Shown here one piece after another: positions 9,517 through 21,000 of a DNA stretch of 64,000 nucleotides. Under the pieces are notes generated by a model. The model had not been told where the DNA came from. It worked only from the letters and a program-made list of their open reading frames with translations, and made no database searches. How positions within the stretch are numbered: position 1 is the first letter of the stretch; each line of letters begins with the position of its first letter. Origin of the DNA: an uncultured virus (IMG/VR IMGVR_UViG_3300027631_002940) (lineage: Duplodnaviria; Heunggongvirae; Uroviricota; Caudoviricetes). The DNA is taken from IMG/VR virus record IMGVR_UViG_3300027631_002940; one strand, written 5' to 3'. A program made the position numbers and the translations under genes.

Positions 9517-10097
9517 CCTCTTATGAATATGATAACAATTTAAGAACACAATATGGACCTTTAGTATGTGGCACTGATGAATGTGGTAGAGGTTCTTGGG
9601 TTTATTCTATTGTTGCAGCTAGTGTTGTAATGAAACCTGATTATTACAATGCTAAAATAAAAGATTCAAAGTTACTCTCGGAAAAATTGAGATCTCAATT
9701 ATATCAGGAAATTATTGATAATAGCCTATATTATAAAATAGTAGAAGCAGATAATCATTATATTGATAAATGGGGCATAAATAAAGCAAATATATATGTT
9801 ATGGAAGAATCTGCAAAAGAATCTAAAGCAAATATTTATGTAGTAGATCAATCACCGGCTTTTAGTTTAAATCCTTATCTTATGATGCCTAAAGCTGACA
9901 GTATTAGTTTTACTGTTTCATGTGCAAGTATTTTAGCTAAACATTATCATGACAGTAATTTAATAGAAATTGCAAAATCATATCCAGAATATAACTGGCA
10001 TAAAAATAAGGGTTATATTACAAAAGATCATAAAGAAGCTGTGATAAAATATGGTTTGTCCGATTTACATAGAAAGTCATATAAACTAAAATCATGA
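9513..10097 (+). CDS. rnhB: Ribonuclease HII
   Basis: GTDECGRG, KDSKLLSEK, KAD....SCASILAK, NKGY.T..H, HRKSY; ATGA overlap with dnaK. Confidence 0.92.
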   Translation: MTSYEYDNNLRTQYGPLVCGTDECGRGSWVYSIVAASVVMKPDYYNAKIKDSKLLSEKLRSQLYQEIIDNSLYYKIVEADNHYIDKWGINKANIYVMEESAKESKANIYVVDQSPAFSLNPYLMMPKADSISFTVSCASILAKHYHDSNLIEIAKSYPEYNWHKNKGYITKDHKEAVIKYGLSDLHRKSYKLKS

Positions 10098-10498
10098 AGT
10101 TGTTTAATAATATTGGCATAGTATCTTCTTTTATTTGTGCAGTTCATTGTGCTATTACACCTTTACTATTAACTTTTTTACCGTTGTGGGGATTATCATT
10201 ATTAGCAGATAAAACATTTGAAGTTATTATGTTATGTTTATCTGGAATATTTGGAATACTTAATCTCTGTTTTGGTATTAAAAAACATAAATCATATAAA
10301 GCTTTAAGTTTATTTTCAATTGGATTCGGTCTGTCTGCAATTGGAAATATGTTTCACAGTCATATAGAAAATCATAAACATCACGAAATATTTGAACCAT
10401 ATATTCTTTTTCTAGTATTAGGCGGGATATTGATATGTATTTCTTATATTGTTAATTCTAAGCTTTGTAATTCTTGCAAGGTCTGTCATGTCAGATAA
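10094..10498 (+). CDS. MerC-family membrane protein (putative metal transporter)
   Basis: S.ICAVHC..TPLL signature, four hydrophobic segments, His-rich loop HSHIENHKHHE, C-terminal CxxCxxC. Confidence 0.75.
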   Translation: MKLFNNIGIVSSFICAVHCAITPLLLTFLPLWGLSLLADKTFEVIMLCLSGIFGILNLCFGIKKHKSYKALSLFSIGFGLSAIGNMFHSHIENHKHHEIFEPYILFLVLGGILICISYIVNSKLCNSCKVCHVR

Positions 10499-10994
10499 TA
10501 TTCCATCTAAATCTTTTAAAGAAAAAACCAACTCAGTAAATGAACTTGAGTTGGTTGATATAAGATTAGAAAAAATATTAATAGGTCCTAATGATAAGGC
10601 ATATGTGTTAATTGGTGATACTGAAAAAACAGTATGCTTTGAATTAAATTCTTTTGAAGGCAGTATGTTGTCTTTTGTTTATAAAGGCTTGCATACTAAT
10701 TCACATATACAAACAATACATCAGTTGTATATTAGATATTTGAAAGATCAGGGAACTAATCTTGAAAGGGTGGTAATTGAATCTAGAGCGGGAGATATTA
10801 CTTATGCTAGCTTAAGATTCGTTGATATCAAGCATAGAAGATATTATGCCATTTGTTCTTTAGGAGATGCTTTGATTCTTTCTTATTTAACAAAGTGCTC
10901 ACTCTCAGCAGTCAAAAAACCGTGGCTTACCTACGATCCTTATGATGACACCAATTATGAGCACTTTATTATAGATTTGTCCCCTGAAGACTAG
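10488..10994 (+). CDS. Bifunctional nuclease (BFN/DUF151)-like protein
   Basis: Layout resembles DUF151: T.HQLY..., LERVVIE...TYASLRF..., S.GDALIL. The ATG at 10488 is preferred over the TTG at 10449, which overlaps further into the MerC-like gene. Confidence 0.6.
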   Translation: MSDNIPSKSFKEKTNSVNELELVDIRLEKILIGPNDKAYVLIGDTEKTVCFELNSFEGSMLSFVYKGLHTNSHIQTIHQLYIRYLKDQGTNLERVVIESRAGDITYASLRFVDIKHRRYYAICSLGDALILSYLTKCSLSAVKKPWLTYDPYDDTNYEHFIIDLSPED

Positions 10995-11001
10995 CGCTAA
11001 A

Positions 11002-12018
11002 TTAAGAAGTAGCGATCCAGCAGTAGAAGTCGAAGTCAACGGTTAATAACTGGTTAGTAACGTTGAATGCAGACTTTGTAACAACAGACTTGGAAAGGTT
11101 AACTGATGGAAGAAGGTTGGTCCATGTATTGTTCGAAGCATTATAGATTTCGAAGGTAAATGGAACGTTTTCTGAAACAGCAGCACCAGGAGTCTGAAGA
11201 GTAAGGTCTCCAGCAGTTGGTTCGTTAGTACCATAGGAAAGGTTGACAGATTCGTCAATACCTGCACCGTACTGGCTGAAGTAGTAGTCTCCGCCTCTGT
11301 CTTCAAGAAGAACAGCAGCTTTACCGGAACCTGAGATTTCTACACCAGTAATACCAAGGAATGGGAACTGAGCACCGAAGCGATAGGTCTTATTAGTACC
11401 TGGAACTTGGATTAATTCACCCTGTCCATCAGATGGCATACCATCGTCAGTTGCAGCAGCCTTAGGAATCAAGAAGAATGTTTCTTGAGTCTTTGACTGA
11501 ACCTTGAGGTTAGCTTCCATGATAAAGAATGTTCTACCACCAATGCTAACACGGAAGTCATAGAATCTTGCAACTCTTGTAGGACCACCAGCACTCAATG
11601 GGTTTAATTCATTGATTGGTAGGTTGGTTACCTGGAAGTAGTTAGCAAGAGTGGAGTCTGTAGAACCGTCCGATTTAAGGGTAAGGTCCACAGTAGCACC
11701 GGATTCTGAAACCTGGAAGTTTGCAGATTCAAGAATTGGTAATGTCGCAGTGGCTGGGGATAAGATTTCTGCAATCTTTGTGTTTGCGAGAGCTCTTCCG
11801 TCTTTGCCAGCTGCGCCACCAACAAGAATAGGAGCCTTAACTGTAATACTTTCAGATACACCACCAATGTCAAGAATTCTTGAAAGTGGAGTACCCTGAA
11901 TGAAGTTTTTGGCTTCTACTTGCATCGATCTATTTCTGTTTGCAGATTCTGCTACGTACTGCGAACCAGAAATCAAGAGCGACTTATAAACACCATATAG
12001 GTTGTTATTTAGAGGCAT
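11002..12018 (-). CDS. Probable major tail-tube-like structural protein
   Basis: 338 aa, beta-rich, strong SD AGGAGA, visibly biased towards TTC/AAC/TAC codons (high-expression signature); paralogous to the next gene. Confidence 0.55.
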   Translation of the reverse strand: MPLNNNLYGVYKSLLISGSQYVAESANRNRSMQVEAKNFIQGTPLSRILDIGGVSESITVKAPILVGGAAGKDGRALANTKIAEILSPATATLPILESANFQVSESGATVDLTLKSDGSTDSTLANYFQVTNLPINELNPLSAGGPTRVARFYDFRVSIGGRTFFIMEANLKVQSKTQETFFLIPKAAATDDGMPSDGQGELIQVPGTNKTYRFGAQFPFLGITGVEISGSGKAAVLLEDRGGDYYFSQYGAGIDESVNLSYGTNEPTAGDLTLQTPGAAVSENVPFTFEIYNASNNTWTNLLPSVNLSKSVVTKSAFNVTNQLLTVDFDFYCWIATS

Positions 12019-12119
12019 AATACTATCTCCTGATTTATTTCATTGTAATCATTTACAACGTCTTATTTTTATTTTTCTTCGAATATGTTTTTTTACCCTT
12101 TGTCGGTACTTTCATATTC

Positions 12120-13073
12120 TCAAATAGTGAATAAATTTCCTTGCATTAATGGAGCCCAAGGTGTTGTCATAGCGGTCCATTTTGTTTTTCTCATCAAAGT
12201 TTTTGCAGAAAGTGGAACTTCTGCTATATTAAACAATGGAGTGTTAAATCTAACCGATAGTGGACCTATATTAAAAATCATGTTTTCATTCACAATCCAT
12301 CCACCATGAATATGAGCATGTTGTTCCATTCCAACTCTCATTATTTCTTGTATATTCCCGCCCCACTTGACTGATTTTACACCTATCAAACCAATTTGAT
12401 CATTTCTAGTAGCAACAGTAGTAGTAATTGGCATTAAAAATGTTGGTGTGTCAATTTCATTTTCAATAGTCAATTCAAATGAGTTTAAAGTACGCATTTC
12501 TGATTGGAATCTATTAGCGTCAGTATCAACCCAACTTATAGCTCTTCCTAATAAAGTGTTTGAAGCTGGTGCAATATAATTCAAAGCACTTCTAACATCT
12601 ATCATTCCAATAAAAGAAATATTTAATTTTATATCTGTATTATCTGATGATCCTGATATTGTTAAACTTTTAATAACACAACTATCCAAAGATAATAATT
12701 CGTTATTGTTAGATCCACCATCTTCGCCTGTTGTAGAAAAGTGAGAAATAATATGATTAGTATCTATTCTCAAAGCAGTAGTAGGTTTTTCAGCATGTCT
12801 AAGTAGCTCAATCATTGCTGGCTCTAAAGCATTATTTCTATCTACTCGAATAGGGCATGTGATATTACCCTCAAATTTCTTAGCTCCTATATTAGCTATT
12901 GCACTCCCAGGACCACTTTGTATATATTGATGAGAAACATCTATATCCTGTGTTTGATTAATATTACATTCTTCTACAAAAAGATAATAATTATTTATAT
13001 TTAAGCTTCTTAGTAATAAACCTGTTGCAACTTCTAATCTATTTAAATTACCAGGATATGGCATATTTACCAC
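12120..13073 (-). CDS. Tail-tube-like protein paralogue
   Basis: N-terminal similarity to 11002-12018 (YIQSGPGSAIANIGA...ITCPIRV vs FIQGTPLSRILDIGG...VKAPILV); FELTIENEI segment resembles tube folds. The start may be the ATG at 13064. Confidence 0.5.
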   Translation of the reverse strand: MVNMPYPGNLNRLEVATGLLLRSLNINNYYLFVEECNINQTQDIDVSHQYIQSGPGSAIANIGAKKFEGNITCPIRVDRNNALEPAMIELLRHAEKPTTALRIDTNHIISHFSTTGEDGGSNNNELLSLDSCVIKSLTISGSSDNTDIKLNISFIGMIDVRSALNYIAPASNTLLGRAISWVDTDANRFQSEMRTLNSFELTIENEIDTPTFLMPITTTVATRNDQIGLIGVKSVKWGGNIQEIMRVGMEQHAHIHGGWIVNENMIFNIGPLSVRFNTPLFNIAEVPLSAKTLMRKTKWTAMTTPWAPLMQGNLFTI

Positions 13074-13366
13074 CTAGAATTTTCAGCTTCGAAAATACCC
13101 TTCTGTGAGATAGCTATATCGCCGTAAGATTCCCATGTATATTTATATTTTCCAGTTTTATCAGCAAACCATTCAACATAAAAAATACCAGTAGCGCCAT
13201 TATTATGCTTTAATTCAGCATTTGTACCCCACGTATACTGTGTCAAAATTCCATCCGGGTCTGTCATAAAAAATCTTATGCCAATAGGATCAACTAATTC
13301 ACCAGTACGAAGTCTAATTTGTGCTTCAATTCTTACTGTTGAATTTGTATATATTTTTTGATTCAT
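13067..13366 (-). CDS. Small Ig-like virion-associated protein
   Basis: DP...F.MTDPDG...TGIFYVEW...GKYKYTW pattern seen in small phage structural proteins; SD GGAGG. Confidence 0.6.
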   Translation of the reverse strand: MNQKIYTNSTVRIEAQIRLRTGELVDPIGIRFFMTDPDGILTQYTWGTNAELKHNNGATGIFYVEWFADKTGKYKYTWESYGDIAISQKGIFEAENSRW

Positions 13367-13415
13367 TCTTTGCTACCTCCATTCTTATATTTCTAGAGAT
13401 TTAAGCTTATGTCCT

Positions 13416-13445
13416 AAAAAGAAAAAACCCATCCTAAGATGGGTT
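13416..13445 (-). terminator. Rho-independent terminator
   Basis: On the - strand AACCCATC-TTAG-GATGGGTT followed by TTTTCTTTTT. Confidence 0.8.
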
Positions 13446-13466
13446 ATAATAATGAAAGATTATTTA

Positions 13467-13721
13467 TTATGACCAACCAGCTTTTTCTTCAGATTCAATT
13501 GATCCTGTAGACATTGATTGAACTGGTGATTGCATGTTCTTGATTACTTCTAATTCTTCAGGAGTAATACCACCAATTTTTCTTACTACTTCCTGCTCAA
13601 TTAGTCTCTTCTTTACTTCACCCGCAACTTCATCTAGTTCTGCTGTAGCTGTTTCTACCGCTACTTGTTTTTCAAACCAGAGAGCTTGCAAATCTTCAAA
13701 TGATAATGCTGAATAATCCAT
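13467..13721 (-). CDS. Small coiled-coil protein ending in one copy of the fibre repeat motif
   Basis: Helical, acidic N-terminus; C-terminal GSIESEEKAG resembles the 'SI.S.E..G' repeat; SD AAGGA. Confidence 0.7.
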   Translation of the reverse strand: MDYSALSFEDLQALWFEKQVAVETATAELDEVAGEVKKRLIEQEVVRKIGGITPEELEVIKNMQSPVQSMSTGSIESEEKAGWS

Positions 13722-13722
13722 G

Positions 13723-14487
13723 TTAATTGTCCTTAAAAATAATATTCTGAAGTTTTTCTAATGCTTCCTCTTCGTCAAATAAATCAAATTCTATCATAAT
13801 TCTGTGAAGTAAATCTTCTTTAATATCTGACACTCTACTGCCTGGAGGATCTTTTGTATGAATGGCCCATAATTCTAAATTTTCAATACGATTATCAGAT
13901 CTAATACCGTTCTTATGATGAACTCTTTCTTCTTTGTGTAATGGTCTTCCTAAAGATTGTTCTATCATATACCTATGTTCTAATCGCCATTTACTATCTA
14001 CTTTTAAATAAATGTAACCTTGTGGGTGTGTTTTTTTATCACCATTTTGATATTTACTATATTTTATCTGATATGATTTAGATGAACATGATCTAGAGCA
14101 ATATTTAGTACCTGGTTTCTTATCTAGCAAAGATTTTTCACAGGCAAGGCATTTTACATCTTTTTCTCTGTTTCTCATCCTTACATATTTATAACCGCAC
14201 TCTGCCCCGCATGTAAGAGTATTCCCATGGTATGTTTTTTCGCATACTGGACAAATTTTAGATTCCTTACCATGTTCTTTATAGAATTCATACCAACATT
14301 CAGAAGAACAAAGCTCTCCAGTTGTATTGGATTTGATAGGAAAATCTTTTCCACATTGTTTACATGCAGAAGTTCCCAATCTATTCAGTTTACATTCTGG
14401 AGAGCAATATTTTTGACGATAATTAATTGTTGTAAATGCTTTGTCACATATAGCACAACTTTTTTCAATAGATTTTTGTGTAAACAT
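13723..14487 (-). CDS. Free-standing HNH homing endonuclease with four CxxC...CSxxC zinc-binding repeats
   Basis: EHRYMIEQSLGRPL...VHHKNGIRSDNRIENLEL. Start corrected to ATG 14487 because the TTG at 14652 overlaps the next gene; TATAAT lies 6 nt upstream of the ATG. Confidence 0.88.
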   Translation of the reverse strand: MFTQKSIEKSCAICDKAFTTINYRQKYCSPECKLNRLGTSACKQCGKDFPIKSNTTGELCSSECWYEFYKEHGKESKICPVCEKTYHGNTLTCGAECGYKYVRMRNREKDVKCLACEKSLLDKKPGTKYCSRSCSSKSYQIKYSKYQNGDKKTHPQGYIYLKVDSKWRLEHRYMIEQSLGRPLHKEERVHHKNGIRSDNRIENLELWAIHTKDPPGSRVSDIKEDLLHRIMIEFDLFDEEEALEKLQNIIFKDN

Positions 14488-14551
14488 GTTAGTATTATAC
14501 CGCAAAATATGCCTAATGAAAACAATATATGACTTCAAGTAATGGTTCAGC

Positions 14552-14956
14552 TTAAAGCTTGAACACCTTCGAGGCTCCTGTATCCCACTGTACAGTAATG
14601 TCACCGCCGTTTGGTTGAATCGGCAAGTTTGTTGCAGTATCGAAATAAGCAATAAGTTGGGAGGTAGATTCTGTACCTGTATCCCTATAAATAACGAATT
14701 GAGTAATTTGTGATCCAGAAACAGCAGTCATTGTAATATTGGATGCATTTGCTACACCAGCTCCAGGAGTGGATGTTGTTAATGCTGCAGATGTTGATAC
14801 TCTAGCACCAGCTGAAATATCTGATAAATATTGATGAGTAGAAAGGTTTACAGAATAAGCGCTAGAAAGTAAAACAACTTTAAATGTGTTACTTGCCCAG
14901 TTAATCTGTCCTAATAAGAATGCGTTTCTGCCAGTGTCGTAAAGAGCATTAGCCAT
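14552..14956 (-). CDS. Conserved small phage tail/fibre-associated structural protein
   Basis: MANALYD.GR..FL...INW...TFKV.L ... LIAYFDT...LPI.PNGGDITVQW pattern, which I recognise from phage tail modules; SD GGAG. Confidence 0.65.
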   Translation of the reverse strand: MANALYDTGRNAFLLGQINWASNTFKVVLLSSAYSVNLSTHQYLSDISAGARVSTSAALTTSTPGAGVANASNITMTAVSGSQITQFVIYRDTGTESTSQLIAYFDTATNLPIQPNGGDITVQWDTGASKVFKL

Positions 14957-15021
14957 TATAAATCTCCAAAGAAGTGATTATTATATTATTTAGGTAATCA
15001 AATACCTTTATACCTTCTTTT

Positions 15022-18000
15022 TTATATGTTCGGTGGTGTTTTCCCGCTTGTATCTAATTTGATAGTCATTATATATTTATTATCTACTACTGTTCTTATG
15101 TAGTCAATAGTAGTAATTTCTGTATCTATCTTTCTCAATAATGTTACATCTAATCCTATTTCGCCAAGATCTCCTGTTAATGTATCGATAGATCCGAGTG
15201 TTAATACAAATACTCTTAGTAGACCGAATCTTTGTACGAATATAAACTTAGGAGTGCCAACAACAGTTACTTCGCCTAATGTTGGAACGTTTACATAATT
15301 AACATTACGTAGTCTATGAGATCCTAAAGCTTCAGCAGATAAGATAGTTTGTGGTGATGTATTTATATTTAGATAGAAATTAACATTACCAATAGATTCA
15401 GCCGTAGGAATAGAAGTAGGTCTAGTTTTATTTTCGTTATATAATCTATTAGCATTGGATAGAGCTTCAAGACTTTCCACAGTATTAGGATTGATAAATA
15501 TTGGTCCAGGAACTACTGTATGAGAACCTAATAAATGAGGCACTACAAACGTATCTGGATATATTCTTACTACTCCAGGCTGTAATTTCTGATTACCAAA
15601 TATATTTACATTATTCAACGACTGATGTGAAATATTTACTGCACCTGGTTTTAATATATGTGTTCCTAATATATTTTGATTATTTAATGAAGCATGGAAT
15701 ATTGTTGCTATACCAGGTTTGATAATATGTAAACCAAATCTAGTAAGTGATCTAAATGTTTCTGGGAATAATCTTACTTCTCCAGGGCTTAATCTAGGTG
15801 TTCCATGAGCATTAGCATCAATGAATGTGCTAGGACTAATATTTACTCTTCCAGGTTGTATGAACTGAGATGTTAATATTTCAGAAGATAATATTGATAC
15901 AGGTAAGAATTTATTACCTTCAGGCTTAATAAAATGAATACCCAAAGCTTCTAATGTTGAAATATTAGAAGGATATAATCTTACAGGACCAGGGTCTAAT
16001 TTATGTATTCCTAAAGTTTCTGCTGTTTGAATAGTAGTAATATTAGTGATTCTGTTATCGATAATATTAGTAAAGTTATCAAATAAGGAATTGGAATATG
16101 AAGTCAATCCCATATAGCCAGAAGTATATGTATTATCTGTAGTTGTTAATGTTGCTATTAACTCTCCAGTTTGTTGATATAATTTAGCTATTATTACTCC
16201 ATTTGTATTCCATGAAGTAGTGATTCTATACCACTTATCAGCTTGTAATGCTAATCCAGATATATAAGATAATGGCACAGTGTTATTTATGCCATTTCTA
16301 AGCTGGAATGAAGCTGTATCTGGGGTTGAACCATTTCTTACATCTATAACAGCATAGTATCCATTATATATATTATTAGGCTGTATAGCTATTCCAATTC
16401 CAGATAAGCCGGTGGTGGTATAGTCGAAATATGTTTTGACGAATCCTGACCAGAAGAATGTGGGTGATCTCTTATATACCGCTTTATATACTAGAACTTT
16501 ATTACTACTACCACCCTCTATTCTCTTCATACCAAAGCCAAATAAACCAGTGTATTTGACATATGGTTTAAGTAGAGGCCCCATAGTAAACCAATATAAA
16601 CCAAATCCAGTAGCTCCAGCATTAATTCCTGGGGGTAGATTATAATTTGCTATACCATATATTTCAGATGTTGTTTCTGATTTAGTATAATCTACTACAT
16701 CTCCAAAGTCTAATGAGCTAGCCGTTTCAAATTCTTCATAGAACAGGTTAGTGAATTCATGTGTAGTGGTTAATAATTCTGAAGAAATAATACCAGTAGG
16801 GAAAGTAGTGTTAAGATTCTTTAAGGTATGTTTAGGAAGAATATAAGATCTTCCATATCTTTGAACATCTGCTTCATAGTTTTGTTTTACTTGTGCGGGT
16901 AATAAAGCAGCTGAATATAATCTAACCTGTGAAATTCTACCAAAGAATCTGTATGATCCTGGTAAATATGCACCTATATGAAGAGTACTCGTGCTATTAT
17001 CTGGAGAAGGTCCACCATTAACTAAATATTCTGCATCTAATTCTCCGTCTAAGTATATCCTTACATATTGTCCACTATATGTTGCTACACAGTGATGCCA
17101 TGTGTTAGCTTTGACGGTTGTTACACCATTATAAGCTTGCCATCCTGTAGCTCCCAATCTTGTGGAAACTGTAGATGTAAATACTTCAGATACTAGTAAT
17201 CTATACAAACCTTCTTTATTATATGGAATACCTGAGAATGGTACTGTTGGGAATTTTAACCACATTTCTAAGGTAAAGTATTGTGGATTTAATGATGGGT
17301 TACTAGTTATAGCTCCTTCATATGTACCATTGAATACAAAAGTACCACCGCCATCTGTTGGATCATATATGGTAGTATATGATCCAAAGGATAGGTTATT
17401 ATTATTACCTGATATATCGTTCCAAGCATTACCTGAACCACTATATGATGTTGTTTTACCAGCATCTAAATAAAGATTTAGATTAGTTTTGACAATGGAT
17501 TTTTCTGTTACATTAGAGATAAATACAGGGCCAGGCTTTACGACATGAAGACCTAATGATTCTAAAGATGTAATATTACCAACATTATTAATTCTTAGTG
17601 ATTGGAAGTTAGTAAAATTATCGAAAGAGCTGTTAGAATAAGATACTAAACCACAATAACCAGAGCTATATAAATAACTTGTTGAAGATATAGTTGCTAA
17701 TTCTGCGCCATAAGAATCATATAATACTGCAGTTACTAAACCAGCAGTAGTCCAATACATGTTAATTCTGTACCATGTATCTACAGTTATATTAAGTCCA
17801 GTGGCAGAAGCGATAGGAGCATTATATATACCTGCTTTTAATTGGAAAGAAGCTGCTGCCCCAGAACCATTATTTACATCTATAATCGCAAAGTAACCAG
17901 AATATTTATCTGATGGTTGTATTCCTATCCCAATACCTGAGTGACCAGTAGTAATATAATTAGGATTTGTTTTTACCCAACCAGACCAGAAGAAATTAGA

Positions 18001-21000
18001 TCCTGGAACATACGCAGCAGGATACGCAGCTACTTTATAATCATATCCTGGTACTCTTGATAGTCCTAACCCAGATACACCAGCTTGAACAACAGAAGTA
18101 GCCAAAGCAGGAGGCATGAATAATTGAGTAATACCAAAACCTGGGCCATATTCTGACATTGGAAGATAATAATCTGCATCTCCGAATGTAAAGAAATCTC
18201 CATTATTAATCTGATCATAGAATTGATTGAATAATGAGCTGTTGTTATACCTTTCTCTTAGTGCATCATAGTTCTGTTTTATTTCCGTAGAAGATAAAGC
18301 TCTATTGAAAGCATGAATATGAGCTATTTTGCCACTTAAGAATTCACTCGTTCCGTTATTACTACCAATTATGAAATTGTTAATTGGCTCATAATTACTA
18401 CTATCATTAACAGAAGCTACAAGATCTCCATCAACATAGACAGATTTTGTATTAGCACCATTTACAACAGATATTTGGTACCATGTATTAAATTTAAAGC
18501 TAAATGAGAATGGCAGGTTATAAGAGGATACATTTTTGTACCAGAACTGTCCACCACCACTATTCATTAGCATTCCAGAATATTGGCTATCGAATAAATC
18601 TTGGTATCTATTATTTGGTTGGACATGTAACATAAACCAAGCAGAAATGGTATATCTTGTACTTAGGATATCTTTTCCTAATGTTACAAAATCATTTACT
18701 CCATCAAATACAATAGCCCCATAGTTTGACGTTGTGTATGTTGGATTATTTGTTAAAGTACCATTATTTGCGCTAGCTGATAAATCTGTCCATATTGTTG
18801 ATCCGCTATAATTTGCTCCATCTAATCTTAATATTTCTCCAGTAGTGATTAGGGATGTAGTGTATGATGGTGGATATATTTTTACTTCGCCCGGTTGTAT
18901 ATAATTTAGATTACTTAAAGATTCTCCAGATGCAATATTTCCAGCATTAGTAGTAAACTGTGCTGCTAAGTTTGATAAGTTGTCGAATGAACTTAATGAG
19001 AAGCTAGTGATACCTAAATAGCCTGTAGTATAGGAAGTATCAGTAACAGTAATTGTAGACAGTAATGGACCAACACCATCGTACAATTTAGCGGTAATTA
19101 ATCCAGCTGAGGACCATGTTATTGTTATTCTATACCATCTATCGGTTTGTATTGTAATTGCTGTATCTGTGGCTATAGGTACTGTATTATTGATATCTTT
19201 TCTTAATTGGAATGCAGCAGTTTCTCCCGTTCCATTTCTAACATCAATAACAGCAAAATAACCTAATTTTACATCACCTTGAAGACCAAAGCCTATACCT
19301 GTCAAGCCTGTTGTTTCGTAGTATAAGTTAGTTTTTAAGTAACCTGAATAGAAGAATGTAGTACCTCTTGGATAAAGAACATTATAAGCTATTACTTTAT
19401 TACCTGGAGTACTTGGAGCTCTATATATACCATTTCTTTCAAAGCTAGCTGTATTTGTTATTGGCGCACCTGGATAATCTAAGAAAGAGTTTAATCCAAT
19501 GTTGAAAGAATATTTTGCACCTGGGTCACTGTTAAAGCCTATAGGATAAATCCAAGAGTTGAACATACCAAATTGTTGAATTCCATAATCTGATGCGAAT
19601 TCATAGAAATTTGTATCTCCAATTGTTAAGTTTAATCCATAATCGAATTTGTCATAGAACATATTATTAAATGTATGTGATGGCAAATTCTCTGCGGATA
19701 TAATAGATACTGGTAATGGGGTATTTAAATTTCTTAGGCCTGTTGTTCCTAATAAGAATCCCACCCCTTGTTTACCGAATTTAGTTGCATATGCTGTGTA
19801 ATTTTCTTGTATTTCAGAGAAGGATAAGGCTCTGTTGTATACTTGGATGTTTGATAATGAAAAATTACCAAATGCTCTATTACCTATAAATAAATTTGTA
19901 TTATCAAAATTATTTGTGTTATTGTTAATAAATGTTATAAGTGGTGTTCTTAAAATTCCATCAATATATAGAGATACTTCTAATCCAGATTGGCTTTTAT
20001 CTAGTATACATACCCAATGATGCCAATCTAAATCATTCACTAATGTTTTAGAAAATGTAGCAAAATTATAACCTGCATTGCCTTTTATAGCTAATGTAAT
20101 AGGATATACACCACCAAAACTTACGGCAGAATCGTCTCCGTAAGATATGTTAAACCCGCCTGAAGTGTTATTGTAGTTACTGCTAAATTCTATAATACAA
20201 TTACTATTACCAACAACTTGTCTATAATTTTCTATTTTAGCCCAAAAAGATACAGTTACAATATTAGTCGATGATAAATTTATAGTATCCGTAGATATAT
20301 AATCATTCGTACCATCGAAAGTTAAAATACCTTCGTAATTAGAAGTAAAAGCTACACCATTTACAAGAGTCCCGTTTCTTGTGTTTCCTGATATGTCTAA
20401 GATAGATGTACCAGAACCAGAGTATGAATTATTATTACCAGCATCAAGATATAATTGTTGACCAGATTTTATTTGTGTGTTATATCTATCATAAAGAGCT
20501 AGATAATTTTGTCTTATATCTCTAGCTGATAATATTGTAGTGTAAATTTTAATATTACCTAGATTGATAGAAGAAAAAGAATTGTAATATGCTGGGTTAG
20601 AAGGTGTATAGTAATGACCAATTCTTATATTATTTATGTCTGTATTATAGTTGATTGCTCTTTTAGTTGAATTATTCCACCATGTAGTATTCTTTTGTAT
20701 ACCATCTATGTAAAATATAACTGTAGGATTATTTGTATTTATATTTAATGCTGTCACTACTATATGATGAAAATTATTATCAGTTATAGAATTAGTATCT
20801 GATGAATAAATATTCCATGCAAAAGCTTCAACACCAAATTGCAGCATTATGCTTTTTCCATTAATTCCATATGCTGCATCTCTATACCAACCAAATGTAA
20901 AGCCTTTAGTCGCAGAAGTAATATCTAGTGTATTAATGAAAGACTGAAATAAATTATTTACTAAATCATTAATCCTAACCCATGCAGAAATAGTAAAACT

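Noticed and set aside
10094..10498. Mercury resistance operon
   Set aside because: Only a MerC-like gene is present; no merA, merR, merT or merP.
13723..14551. Group I intron around the HNH gene
   Set aside because: The flanking genes look complete, and only ~65 nt and 1 nt of flanking non-coding sequence exist, too little for a ribozyme core.
14488..14652. 55-aa N-terminal extension of the HNH ORF from TTG 14652
   Set aside because: It overlaps the upstream structural gene and contains the HNH gene's own promoter; ATG 14487 fits better.
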